The notes under the pieces were generated by a model. It did no database searches. It saw only the letters and a program-made list of their open reading frames with translations, and was not told the DNA's origin. From Utricularia gibba (taxonomy: Eukaryota > Plantae > Magnoliophyta), in NCBI GenBank assembly GCA_002189035.1, contig NEEC01000015.1, positions 558,001 through 622,000 of the forward strand: a stretch of DNA of 64,000 bases, given 5' to 3'. A program made the translations under genes and the position numbers. Below, in pieces: positions 35,822 to 47,825 of this stretch (positions within the stretch are counted from its first letter, which is position 1; each line of letters begins with the position of its first letter).

Positions 35822-37568
35822 ATGATGTGGATGATGGAATACGACGGCGGTGGTGGCGGCGGAGAGCTCAACCTTATCCCGGACCCCTTCTCCGGCCGCC
35901 GCGCTCTCCGCCCACTCATCCCAGCGTCCCCCACCCTCCACGGCGCTGACTTTCTGGCCCTAAATCACCATCTGGGTAAGCTGATTCAGACGAAAGCCTG
36001 CCGACGCTGTGCAGTCCCCCTTACGCGTTTTATGGTTTTCCATTTTGCAGCTATGGCGGAGCAGAGCAAGAGGGAGCTGATGAACCCACAGCAGGTGGTG
36101 GTGAGTTCGCGGTGGAACCCCACGCCGGAGCAGCTTCAGACACTGGAGGAACTCTATCGGCGGGGGACACGTACGCCCTCCGCCGAGCAAATCCAGCAGA
36201 TAACCGCGCAGCTCCGGCGGTACGGCAAAATAGAAGGGAAGAATGTATTTTACTGGTTTCAGAACCACAAGGCCAGAGAACGCCTAAAGCTGCGTCGTCA
36301 GCTCCATGAGCAGCAGCAGCAACAGCATTATCAGAAACTAATGCCACAGTCCCAAAAGACTAGTCCTTCAGAGAAAGGTTTGCAAAAAAAAAAAAGGTTG
36401 AAGAAGACCCTAAACAGGTTTCCACAATCTCTTCATTTTGTCTTTTTGTCCTTTGGATTTTGCAGAAAGAGAGCTGGTTGAAGTTGAACAGATAAAGAGC
36501 TGGGCGACTCCTACTAACTCAAGTACACTTGCGGAGGTTTCCTTCCTTATAACCTTCTTCTCTTTTATCTATTTTTCCCCATTTTTCTTTTCAATACCAC
36601 ATAAACTCACACAACTATCTCCATTATTTTTTGCATGGGGAAAGGGGAAGTGGGGACTATCTAGAGAAGGGTGATTTAAAAAAGTGGCCACTGTGATCTC
36701 ACTGTGTGATAAAAGTGGCCACCCTATGTGTAAAATTTTTGCCTTACTGTATGAGAGAGAAAGTGACAGTGGCCACTTTTCTAACTGACCCATCTAGAGA
36801 ATAGATAGGTTCAATTTGTACCTTGTTGTAGGTTAGGTCATAATTAGGGCATGATCAGAGATATTCTTGTTAGGGAAAGCAAAGCTGGACTTGTCCAAAT
36901 ATTTTTTTGCAGAGTAGATATAAAATAAAATAAAAAGAGAGAAAATCTCTTCATATCTTCCTTCCTCTCTGTCTGAGGTACCATTGCTGTGATACTTTCG
37001 TCTTGGTGTCTGAGCCTCCCTGCTTGCACATATTTATGCACATACCACAGAGGTGCAAGCGCCTGCTCAATATCCCAAGTCCTTATTTTGTACCCCATGG
37101 ACAATACACTGCTCAGACCAATTGTTGTAAGAAAACGGAACACGGATCAGACACAAACACCAGACAGACCCCTTGCTTCCCCTTCAGACTAACCTTTCAT
37201 TGCATCAGACATCGCAGGAAGGAGCCAAGGCTGCAGACAGAGAGCGCAAGCTGCAAGAGGGGTGGCTGCATTTCCACGACAACGATGTCCAGATACAACA
37301 ACAGCAGCAGCAGATGATGTACTTGTCGTGCTCCGCTAACTCCACAAGCCCTTGCTCCTCCGCTGGTGCGGTTGCTGTGCTTCCAGCGAAGCCTCTGGAC
37401 TTGATCACTATTCTCTCCACCAAGGAATTGGAAACCCTAGAGCTTTTTCCCCTTAACAGTGGGGTCCATACCGACGTGGAAGTCGACGGAGGCTGCGAAC
37501 GGGCGAGTCGTCCTCGGAGCCATCCCGGTCCGTACCAGTTCTTCGAGTTCCTTCCCTTGAAGAACTGA
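35822..37568 (+). CDS. WOX1: WUSCHEL-related homeobox, WOX1/STF/LAM1/MAW clade, 4 exons
   Basis: N-terminal [18 protein letters not shown], homeodomain [10 protein letters not shown]...[21 protein letters not shown] box TLELFPL, C-terminal [10 protein letters not shown]. Exons: 35822-35975, 36051-36377, 36466-36536, 37209-37568. Confidence 0.93.
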
Positions 37569-38872
37569 TACACCTGTTAGCCAGTTATGCTTCAGGAAAT
37601 TTGTATGGTCTGAGAAAGGAGGTGGTGGATGGGCAAGCATGTATTAATTTACATTAACAAATTAAATAAGATTAGAGGTGCGTTTTCATCCGGTAGCAGG
37701 TGAGACTATGTTATCAAAAAACTAATGTATTGGAAGACATGATTATAGATTAACTTTACTATATACTGAATAATTAATAATACTATAGAGAATCTGAATC
37801 AATAATAAGTATCTCTTCCCACCAAGTGTGAACAATGCATGAGATACGTTAAATCAATTCGTCATACTTTGGTTGAATGCAACGAGATAAAAACTTTCTG
37901 GAACCATTTAGAAAGATGATATGATAACAATTTACTTAATCAATTGAATCAATCGGAGATCTAGAAATAATCACAACGTATTACATAAATAATGCTAGTT
38001 AAAAAAACTGCAAAGATCATCTCGTACGTTATACTGTAAATTATTTAGAATCAAGGTAGTGAGAAAAATTTCAAATAAGTTGGAGAATTATCATCAGAAC
38101 TATTAAAAAAGTACAATTTTTGAGATAATAATGAATACAAATAGGAGTATCAAATATATTTAGAAGATTAAGTTGGTATGAGAAAATATATAATGTATTA
38201 AATGCTCTACGAAATTGTATAAAATAAATATTATTTAAAATTTACAATTATTAAAAATTGTATAATTGTTTTATTTATAAAAATAAAAATATATTACCAA
38301 AGTATTAGATTTTTTTAGAGAAACAATAATAGTAATATTTTTATCGAAAATTATTAATTATTATTGAAAATGTTTAGTAAATGAACATTTTCCGGAAAAA
38401 GCATAAATAAATAAATAAATGATTAGCTTCCGTCTGCAAGCGAGATGGTTTGTTTGTTAACGGGTAGTCTCGTGGAATCCGACTTCTCCATCTCCGATTG
38501 GCCTGCTCTAACCCAGAGCAAATCACGGGTCAAGGATTTGGATTTTTTTCGGCAGTGTTTCGTCTGCGTTGGATTCCATAATCGTTATCCAAGTCGAGGG
38601 GCTCACGTTTAGGAAATCAGCAATTCGTTTATTTTAATGCTGCTTCTCGCTACCCTGTCACTTCTATCTGGTTCGTGTTTTTTTCTGTTTCTGGTAGCCA
38701 ATTGCGCTATGTTCTTTTTCTTCGTTGATTTGGCCTCCAATTTTTTTTGTCGCTATTACGTGGGCGTGGTAGATTTTGGTCCGTTTGTTAGGGAATGAAA
38801 TGCTAACGAGGATTGCCTTTTTGATGCAGTGAATAGTGCTGGATTTTACCCATAGAAATTACATGGGTTAGT

Positions 38873-40446
38873 ATGTTTTTAACTGCTGCTGCTTGTTTGG
38901 TCGTGGGATACTTGGTCGGGGCTCATCTTTCTTCCCATGTTCTACGTAGACGCCCCAAAGAAATTGGCGTTGATAACAGTGAAAAGAAAAAGGATAGCGG
39001 TGTTAAACAACCTCTGCAGGTTGAACAGCTTGCTGAGGTTCTCGAAGACTATAAAATGGTAAACCTGTGGTTTTGTTTTTTCTTACAGAAAGTTATGATC
39101 CTGAGGATGATGAGGCAGACTACTTCAAAGTTTGATCTGGATGCAGGTATTGGTAGTGAGAAATGATCTCAAGATGGGGAAAGGAAAGATTGCTGCCCAA
39201 TGCAGGTATGGTTATTTGAATCGAGTTTAGTATTTCCTTAGTACGTAAATCTCGGTCTAAAAAAAGATTGACTCATTCGTCAAAACGGTAGGTAATTTGC
39301 ATCATTGTGAGTGCATTTCATACTGAAATTCATTGTCCTGACTTTTAGTAAATTTCCTTATTCTGTTCCTAGCCATGCAACATTGGGTCTATACAAAAAG
39401 CTTGTAAAACGTGCACCAAAATCTTTGTCAAGGTACTCTAAATTTTAAATGTTTTAACTGCATCTTCAGGTTCTTTTAAGAATTTATAAAGGGCATACAT
39501 GCTTAATTTTGATGCAGATGGGAAATGTGCGGGCAGGTTAAAGTTGTCGTGAAAATTGAGAGTGAAGACGACATGCTCATTTTGCAGGTGGAAAAAAATG
39601 GAAGATAATTACGGAAACTTTCGTGTTCCTTTCTTTCCAATAGTTAGCTTTATGGCATTAGATGTGTCGATGAAAATTGAGTGTTGGATTAGCTCACCCA
39701 ACTACCCAGAATCATAGACATTTAAAGTAACCTATACTATCTTTCTCAACTTCAACCTTTTATCCTCACGGAAAATTGAGTTTTTTGGATTGGTTCATCC
39801 AGCTACCCAGAATCATAGACAGTTGAAGTAACCTTTAATGAACTGTCTTTCTGAACTTCAACTTTTTATCCTCATGTGAGATGTGAATTCATGCATACTA
39901 CATTACTGATATTTGTTTAATTATTTTTCGCTACTCTTGCAGGAGAGAGCAACATCACTTAATTTGCCTACACATGTTACAATAGACGCAGGGAGGACGC
40001 AGATTGCTCCAAGTTCGTGTCATCACTTTATGAAGCAGATTGTAGTTACTTTCGATTAAGTTCATTATAATCCCTGCATCATCTTAGATGAAACTTTTAC
40101 GTTGCTAAGCAAGCTTCTATTTGTCATTTGCCTCAACTTGAATGTTTTGGGAGTCCTATATGATACCTTTTGCCTAACTGACTTACCCCTTCCGCATATT
40201 GCCCTTGTGGACACTGCTTTTTCCTTGGATGGCGTCCGTTTGAATTTATCCTTTTTTTTTTCTTCCAGATTCAAGGACTGTCATGGCAATCCTAGGTGAG
40301 GGTCTCATATCTCTTGGAATTTTTCTATTTCAATTTTCAGTTTTCGGTTCTACAATCAATTCCTCTCTCATGTTTGATGTGCCGGCCATGGTTCAGGACC
40401 TGCTGAACTTGTTGATGATGTAACCGGAGGATTGAAGCTTTTGTAG
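38873..40446 (+). CDS. PTH2: Peptidyl-tRNA hydrolase 2 (PTH2/Bit1 family) with N-terminal hydrophobic anchor, 7 exons
   Basis: KM|[64 protein letters not shown]. Confidence 0.92.
39672..39876. repeat. Tandem duplication of about 100 bp within a PTH2 intron
   Basis: Copy 1 at 39672-39770 and copy 2 at 39771-39876 both begin GAAAATTGAG and share CTACCCAGAATCATAGACA, AAGTAACCT and TTTTATCCTCA. Confidence 0.85.
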
Positions 40447-40932
40447 ATGAAGTTTCTCCATCATGTTCAGCACCATCCACCAACATGGATGCTTTGCAAA
40501 AGGTATGATGAATCAAGATGGAAGCTGCTGTTCAGGTTTTGCTGCCTCTTTAATGCAACCAGCATCTGAAAACGCGGGAAGAGAACAGAATAGCTGTGGC
40601 ATGAATTCCTCATTTTTTACTCTTATTGGCTACATCCAGATGCCTGCTGCTCTCGGCTTCCGTTTCTCTTCATATCGGGTTCTGGACATGTAATATTGAT
40701 TCAAACTAATGCTACTCTTCAACCGTCTTCTTACAAGTTTACGGTTCTTCTATAGAACCAACACTTCTACTTCTACTAACGTGTTGCGTACCCCCGTATT
40801 GGGTGCGCGATGCACCGAAGGGGAAGGCCCGCGTACCCATAACCATTGCGCAAGTTGCGCACCTCTTTCAAAGGGAATACGGTTTCCTCTGGATAAAAAG
40901 GCGGTACTCGGGAAAACTGGATAGACGAAAGC

Positions 40933-41716
40933 ATGAGTAACGATCGCGGAGAGCGGGAGGTGAACGGAGTGCAAGAAGGTCGTAAGCTGTGCAAACGGTG
41001 CAAGCAGCTTTTCTTGCCGGCTTCCAATACTCCGGCGTCCTGCCGCTTTCACCCCTCTTTCTATGTCTGTCGCCGCCACGATGATCAGAAAAGGTACTCC
41101 TTGTTTTGGGATTTTGTTTATCCGGTCTCGATTCTTGTCAAGATTGTTCGCCTAAAGATCATGATGTTTCTGGATCCTCGAGGATCAGGGATAAGCCCAG
41201 AAAAATTTTCGATTGTTCCTAAGAATCACCTGCACCTTTTCCCCCCTTTCAGTGACACAATTGCATTCGATAACATATGGGTGTCCGCTATCTGTTCTTT
41301 TCATCAGATGCAATAATTCATTGTTCCATTTACAACATTCTTGTGTACTTATAACCATGCCGTTCATCATTCCGAAATAGTCTCCTTTCACTTGAAGAAG
41401 AAAATTGTAATGTGTTGTGACCTTGTTAGACCGCTGCAAAAACCTTTTCATGTGTAGCTACAGTTGCCTTAGACCGTGGTTAAGAGCTTTCCAATCTGAA
41501 TACTTTGCCTACACAATATGCGAGGTGTGAACACTGATTGAAGTGTTGGGATTGCATGTTTAAGCGATTGTCATCTCTTCTTGTGAAAAAAGGTACTATG
41601 AACTGGGACCAGATGATCCTCCTTATGCTGCTAAATTCTACGACTGTTGCGGTGCTGAGGATGCGGATGCGCCGGGCTGCACTACCAGTTCTCACCTGTC
41701 GTATGATGATCAGTAA
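40933..41716 (+). CDS. Small Cys/His-rich putative zinc-binding protein (CHORD/Btk-motif-like), 2 exons, about 94 aa
   Basis: Exons 40933-41093 and 41593-41716 give ..LCKRCKQ..SCRFHPSFYVCRRHDDQKR|YYELGPDDPPYAAKFYDCCGAEDADAPGCTTSSHLSYDDQ*. Confidence 0.82.
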
Positions 41717-41924
41717 CAACGATGAAGTGCAACTGGTTTACATATTTCCTTTTGGGTTTTGTAGCAGCTGCCTCAGTATGTAATGTACAGTACATACCTG
41801 CGAATAAGATATCAATGTAATGACTAAGCGCCTCCTTTTGCGTTGTCTTTGCTCAGCAATAATTGAAAGTTTATTAAAATTAACAAATATTCATTAAATA
41901 ATATTTGACCCCTGTATTTACTAT

Positions 41925-42003
41925 TGGGCCAGCATTTGTAGCACTAGAAAGCCCATATTGGGCCAGTAGTCGCGCGTCAAAATATCTAATTGGGATTTGG
42001 GCC
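41925..42003. promoter_or_regulatory. Four site II motifs directly upstream of an unassigned spliced locus
   Basis: TGGGCC at 41925, 41959 and 41998; AGCCCA at 41950. Confidence 0.55.
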
Positions 42004-42035
42004 TGGGCGTCCAACGCGTTTGAGATGGCGGAAGA

Positions 42036-42573
42036 ATGGCGGTCTCTCGAGGATTACGAGGAGGCTGCGAAGATCCGTATCGCGGCGTATCTCCCGGCGG
42101 ATCGTCACCGATTCGCGCTCCAATTAATGCTCTTCCGGCCGCCGTAGGCGATTATCAATTCAAGGCTGGTGAGCTTCACGTGATCGAAGGAGGCTGTATT
42201 TTTGACTGGCTTATACTTTGTGGATTCTAAGCTAATATTGATGTTCCCTATAGAGTGTCGCGAAGCGAGTGAAACTGGGAAATACGATGCGGTATATGGA
42301 GGTATTCAGGTAGGTGTGATGTTTGTTCTTCGTTCCTCCGCCGGTCCAGTTCTCTAAATGCGGTTCTGAAAAGAGTCTAATCGAACGTTTTGGTGAGATT
42401 TCGAGGGATAAGTTTTTTCTGTGTTTTTGTTTCTTAGGTTTTATCATAGCTCTCACTTTGTTAAGCAATTTGCTGCGTGATGTGTTGATTCTTTCCCCAG
42501 TTACGTCGGTTGAAATATAGATCGGATTCTTTTTGGTGTTATTTCTTTTTAGAAGCTAGAGGAAGATCTGTAA
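42036..42573 (+). other. Candidate orphan microprotein gene or spliced lncRNA
   Basis: Phase-consistent exons 42036-42168, 42254-42309 and 42553-42573 give a 69-aa peptide. More exon-like blocks run to about 43700. No recognisable family. Confidence 0.3.
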
Positions 42574-45132
42574 TGCAACCACAACGGTACAGGTGAGTTG
42601 TTGCTAGACTTGGGGAAGGCAGCGACGTGATTGTCTCAATTTCATGAGGATTCCATGACAAGGCGGCGTTAATATTCATGAGACCATGAACTCCGGTCGG
42701 TGATACAGATGCAATCTTTATGGTCGCTCTTCGTCCTTGACCTTAATTCTCAGGTACTATCCGTGAGCTAGCATGCCAGAGGTTCGTATATGCCTGATTT
42801 TTTTTTTTTAGTTCAATTTGTCGCTGATTTCCGTGTTTTTTGCGCTGGCGACGGTCATGAAGCTGCAATCGGCAGCGGCTGTTTCTTTTTCAGGAAAACA
42901 AATACGTGTTTTCCGTTGCTGTTGGATCTCCAATGAAATTCACGATCCGCATGCGTAACCTTTAGAAACCTGTGGGGTTGCTCTTCTTGCGGATCTGGTG
43001 AGAAGCTTCCACCGTCTTTCGACTTGCATTACTGTCGAAACGGCTTCGAAGTTTTCAAGCGAAGGACAGGCATTTTCCATCGCTTTTGGCTGCAGCTTTC
43101 CATAAACGATCGATTGCCTCCTCCCTGCCATCTGGTGAATCCCCGATCTCACAAACATAAAGCAGAACCCCTCCTCTTTTACTCCCTCTTGTCGTCGATC
43201 ACCATGAAAATCTTCCTGACATCACTACCTCTCAACTCTTCCCCTATCTTAAAGTGGTAATCTCGTTTCTCCTCCCAACATGTCTCGCTGTTAAATGCGT
43301 TCCGAAGAATAGGATTGAGGGATTTTTTTTTGTCTAATTTTCTTATTTTCTGATTTGTGCTTACTTCACTAATTGTTGCTACAATTCTCAGATGTTCGGA
43401 GTGTCTGAATCGGCAATAGACTGATGATATTCCCCTGGATTCCGGCAACGTGGAGGGACTCAGGAGACCGCAACCAGAGGTGCCTCTTAATCTGCGGCCA
43501 ATCGTAAATGCCTTCTAAAATTAAGCTGACGGTAAAATGAATCAGTTATCAACACGATGATTCACGGCAGCTCTTCAGATGTTTTGACTCATGCTTTTTG
43601 ATCCAGGCGGGTTGAAATAATTCGTGTTGTGACAGGTGCTAAGGGGAAAATGAATGTTGCGCTTTGAATGGATCATTCTCCAGAGGTTTCTTATGTGCTG
43701 AGTAAGTAGTGAATATGCACATTAGTATTAACAAATTTAAAATCGTGCTCATTAGTATAGGATATATCGTTTATTTGGCTATTAAATTAACTTGAACTAG
43801 TTTCTGGTGTCTCCATAATTAGATTCATTGACTATACAGAAATAAGATCACTGTGACTAAGGTTGTGTTCTGCACAATCTTTGGAAAGAAATGTGGGAGA
43901 AGAATTACAAGTAAAATAAAATGAAGTTGTGTAATTTTATAAATATAATGGAAAAATGGTAATTTGTAATATGTATATTAACATACAAATTATACTTTTA
44001 CTTTTTTATACATTTAAATTCAAACAATTAGATTGTATTAGACAAATGTAAAATAAGAAAATAACGTTCAAGATTTGTCGCTCAAATAGAATAAAAGACA
44101 ATTGATATTGTACATTTCAAGTTAAGATAACATGTAATATATTTATAATTTACACAAATTTTATAAGAAAATTCGATCTCTATTTCACAAAAGGTATCAC
44201 ATGTAAAGAACGTTACGGCACATTGTGTAGGTCGGATAGGCCCCTTAAATGGCGCAGTAAATAAGCTTATTGCTGAATCACGGGCCATCATAATATCTTA
44301 AAGACCAGCATAATAAAGCTAAAGTTGTATTGTGGAATACCTAACGGACCCAAAACGGCCGATATTGGTCCATTAAATGAGCAACATGAACAATGGTGCT
44401 GGACTTGTGATTTTGCCATTTGAAATGGATTTAGCCGGATCCCTACCGGATTCGCATACATGCATAAATAAAAAAACAGGTGAAAACCAAAACGAACCGA
44501 AACGCGTCGCAACTACGGGACGACATCCTATTATTACGGTGAACTTTTTCTGAGTCTTGGTTTTGTTAGAAAGGCGAAATCATGACTTCCACTTTTTGTA
44601 TTTGCCAGAAAAGCACATAGCAAGAGTAAATCATCACACGGAAGAACATAGACCACTTTCCTATGAATCAAGGAACTCCCGGAAACAAAACAATCATGCC
44701 AAGCACTCCATTTTGACATCTCACTACACAAAATGGAAACCTACGGTTTACTAGTGATTTCTACCATGGGATTCGCATCAGTGTTCATTTTCAATTCTAG
44801 TCTCACAATCAGCATAATATATTATATCAGATTTAAGAAACAAATAGAGTAACATTTTCAGACATCTATATTTTAATTTCTTTGGCTTCTATACTTCTGA
44901 CTACTCATGGCAAATAAACGCATAAATTCATGTGAAATAACATCCACTTCATGGCGAAGAGGTACATAAAATGATTATTCGGCATTCGGTAAGAGGTAGC
45001 ATACCTTATTCGCCGAGTAACATATACTTTTCTCACTTGCATCACACCAGTCAAGCTGATGCAACAGGGTAGAGGCTGAAATCAGGTGCCAGGGCTCCCA
45101 AGAAGCCTTCGATGAATGGATACACCAATAGA

Positions 45133-45870
45133 TTACCAATTGAGACACTCAATGACTCCTGCTAAATGGAAAGATAAAACCCTTTAGAACTCCTAAGATT
45201 GATCTTCACGATTAACAATACGTGAGACATTCGGATATAAATCATAAATGGTGGACCTAAATTCTCTAGAAGAGAGCACTAACCAGCAAAATTCTTACGC
45301 TGGCATTCTAACAATTCCTTGGGCTTATCATCAATAATACCGCCATATATTGGTGAGTCTTCTAGACAAGAAACACGATACTCGGACTAGAGATTGTAGG
45401 CACTAGGACAGCTAATTAAAGCCAAATGTCTGCAACCACAGGTATGTTTGTTGCAAGAGACTGATAGATTCATAATCACAGCAACTAGAAAACCAGATAC
45501 GTATTCTGCGCAGAACTAAAGGCACTTCGAAAGCACATGGAAAGCCAATGCTGGTGCTAGTTTGACAAGGTATTAGAAATTACTCGTACAATATATATTA
45601 GCAATTTATCTTAACATAAATGGCTCCTTTAAAGTTCAGAACGTGTGAACGGCATACATCGAAGCAGGCGTATACCACAAACTTCATAAACGTAAACATA
45701 AGTTCACAAAACGTAGCAATTGACCTTCGGCGAGGTACCCAAGCAGATCGGGATATTTCCTGCGAATTGTGCACAAATACGTCATCAATTTGAGCCTTCA
45801 GGCGATGGAGTCGTGCATCCGCGCCCAGTTCACTGTTACGAGGGTCACTTCCCAGTACTTACCATCTATT
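45133..45870 (-). other. Candidate orphan gene or gene remnant, divergent from mtSSB
   Basis: Phase-consistent minus-strand exons (~45850-45725, 45556-45501, 45361-45299, 45161-45133) with GT-AG introns of 137-168 nt. No in-frame ATG as assembled. Confidence 0.28.
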
Positions 45871-46005
45871 TATATTTATAAAGAAATGGAAAAAAATAAT
45901 AGAGAGTAAATTTAGAAAATTGACAAAAATTCTGTAGGTTGAACCCTGGCTTGAGTTCGAGTTCTTAAACCCTTTGGCGTTCGGCGCTTATTGATTCTGC
46001 TGGCA

Positions 46006-47434
46006 ATGGCTTCCGTTGCACCGAAATTGATGAAGCTTCTTCGTGTTTCCTCCGCTGCAGGGCCGTCTTCGTCCACTAGGAGTGAGTCTCTGTTCTTTCT
46101 TCTTTTCTGCACTTGCTGCAAAACCGTTTTGACTTGACATATTATCGAACGCGTACCGTGCATCGTTGTCCTTTCATGTATCTGTTTTGGTGAATGGTTT
46201 TTCTTGTTGCACGATATCACATTGCAAATATAGTTTCGTCCGTACTCTGCTTGTCAACCATCCATTTTTCCATTCAGATTATCCTTGGCCTTTTCAGCTT
46301 CATACCACATGCCACCTTTCGAGCAAAGATTTTCCATTACAGTGGAAGGTTTTCGGATTTTTTAGAATTTTATAACTTTGCTTCTGTTTTCGCGGAAATT
46401 ATTAGTGATGGATGTGAGGGGAACCACGAAGGCTTTCTTGTCTACTGGTACGTTAGACCCGGAGAATAATGATGACAATGCAGAGGTAGATGATGATTTT
46501 CTTCCAGAGAGGCCGGAAATGCAACTGCAGGGAGTGGATCCAAGGAAAGGCTGGAATTTTCGTGGCGTTCATAGGGTAAGCTTGAGATGCACCCTTTATA
46601 TTTGGTAAATGTGCATAGACTTCTCAGTTCTCAGTTACTTATATGAATTTCGGGTTACTAAGATCATTCATGAATAGCATATTGTATGTTTGTCGGCTCA
46701 TGTATTGTGTGCACACCGCTGTATAACTACACTTGCAGAATCAAAGCCTGGGCACTATTCTGTATGATTCTGTACTTCCAGCTAATAATGAATCTCTTGA
46801 GACTCAACAGGCAATTCTATGTGGGAAAGTTGGTCAAGAACCTGTTCAAAAGATCTTGAGAAATGGTAAGACCGTGACCACATTTACTGTCGGAACTGGT
46901 GGCATGTTCGATCAAAGAATAGTTGGTAAAGACTTGCCGAAACCTGCTCAGTGGCATCGGATTGCAGTGCACAATCCTGCACTAGGTGCTTTTGCAGTTC
47001 AGAAACTTTTGAAGAAGTAAGGAAACTTCCAAATGATGACAGCACCCTCCTCATCCATGAGTAGAAATCTAATGAACAATGCTTGTTTTCAGCTCATCCG
47101 TTTATGTCGAGGGTGATATCGAAGTTAGAGTCTACAATGACAGCATCAACGGTGAAATAAAAAGCATACCAGAAATCTGTGTTCGCCGTGATGGTCCGTA
47201 TGACAATGGTTTGATCATACATCCTCTTTTGTTACGAGTCTTACCAAGTATGCTTTGTTGATTGTAGGGAGGATTCGGCTCATTACGTCTGGTGAAACGT
47301 TAAGCAAGATCTCCCTTGATGAACTTCGTCAGTAGCATCTTATGCTGTTAATGTTGTGGATAGATCATATTAATGGTGGCCTGCTGAACACTTACATACT
47401 TTTTGCTCTTGCAGGCGAGGGGTTGCCTCTATGA
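46006..47434 (+). CDS. MTSSB: Mitochondrial single-stranded DNA-binding protein (At4g11060-type), 6 exons
   Basis: Presequence-like N-terminus, GVDPRKGWNFRGVHR|AILCGKVGQ, TVGTGGMFDQR, PAQWHRIAVHN, SSVYVEGDIE, IPEICVRRDG. Confidence 0.94.
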
Positions 47435-47825
47435 ACTTGAAGTTGGTAACTTGGGCTGCGTAGTTGGTTCTAGGCCACTGATGTTGGTACGTACGTTGCG
47501 TTCTTCTGAATTATTTCCTCTACTGAGGGGAAACTCTGCCGTACTATTCAGCAGCATGTATGGTGGTGATTAGTTTCAGCCCTCTGTATTCGTTTATAAA
47601 ATAGTGAAACCCGAAAATGGCAACTTGGGATGCCAAAAACCAATCAACTTTTCACTATCATGCTCTCTGTTTCTGTACAGATACGTCAAGAGCAAACCAG
47701 AATGGAAGACAAACGAAAATATCGCCATTTTCCGGAACTGAAACCAAACCAAAAAAAAAAAAAACGAAATCAAAATGAAAGCCACTCACAAGAAATCAAT
47801 TAAAAAAATGGATTGGATTCATTTG

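Noticed and set aside
38863-38871. ATG GGT TAG micro-uORF 1 nt before the PTH2 ATG
   Set aside because: Could be chance or an indel artefact of the true start; not distinguishable from sequence alone.
42023-42145. Resemblance of MAEEWRSLEDYEEAAK...LMLFRP to the glycolate oxidase N-terminus
   Set aside because: The spacing is about 9 aa too short, the conserved YDYY..GAED motif is absent, and no downstream FMN-binding exons exist.
46739-46810. In-frame alternative acceptor adding 24 aa to mtSSB
   Set aside because: An open intron end is expected by chance, and an insertion at the start of the OB fold is unlikely to be functional without RNA evidence.
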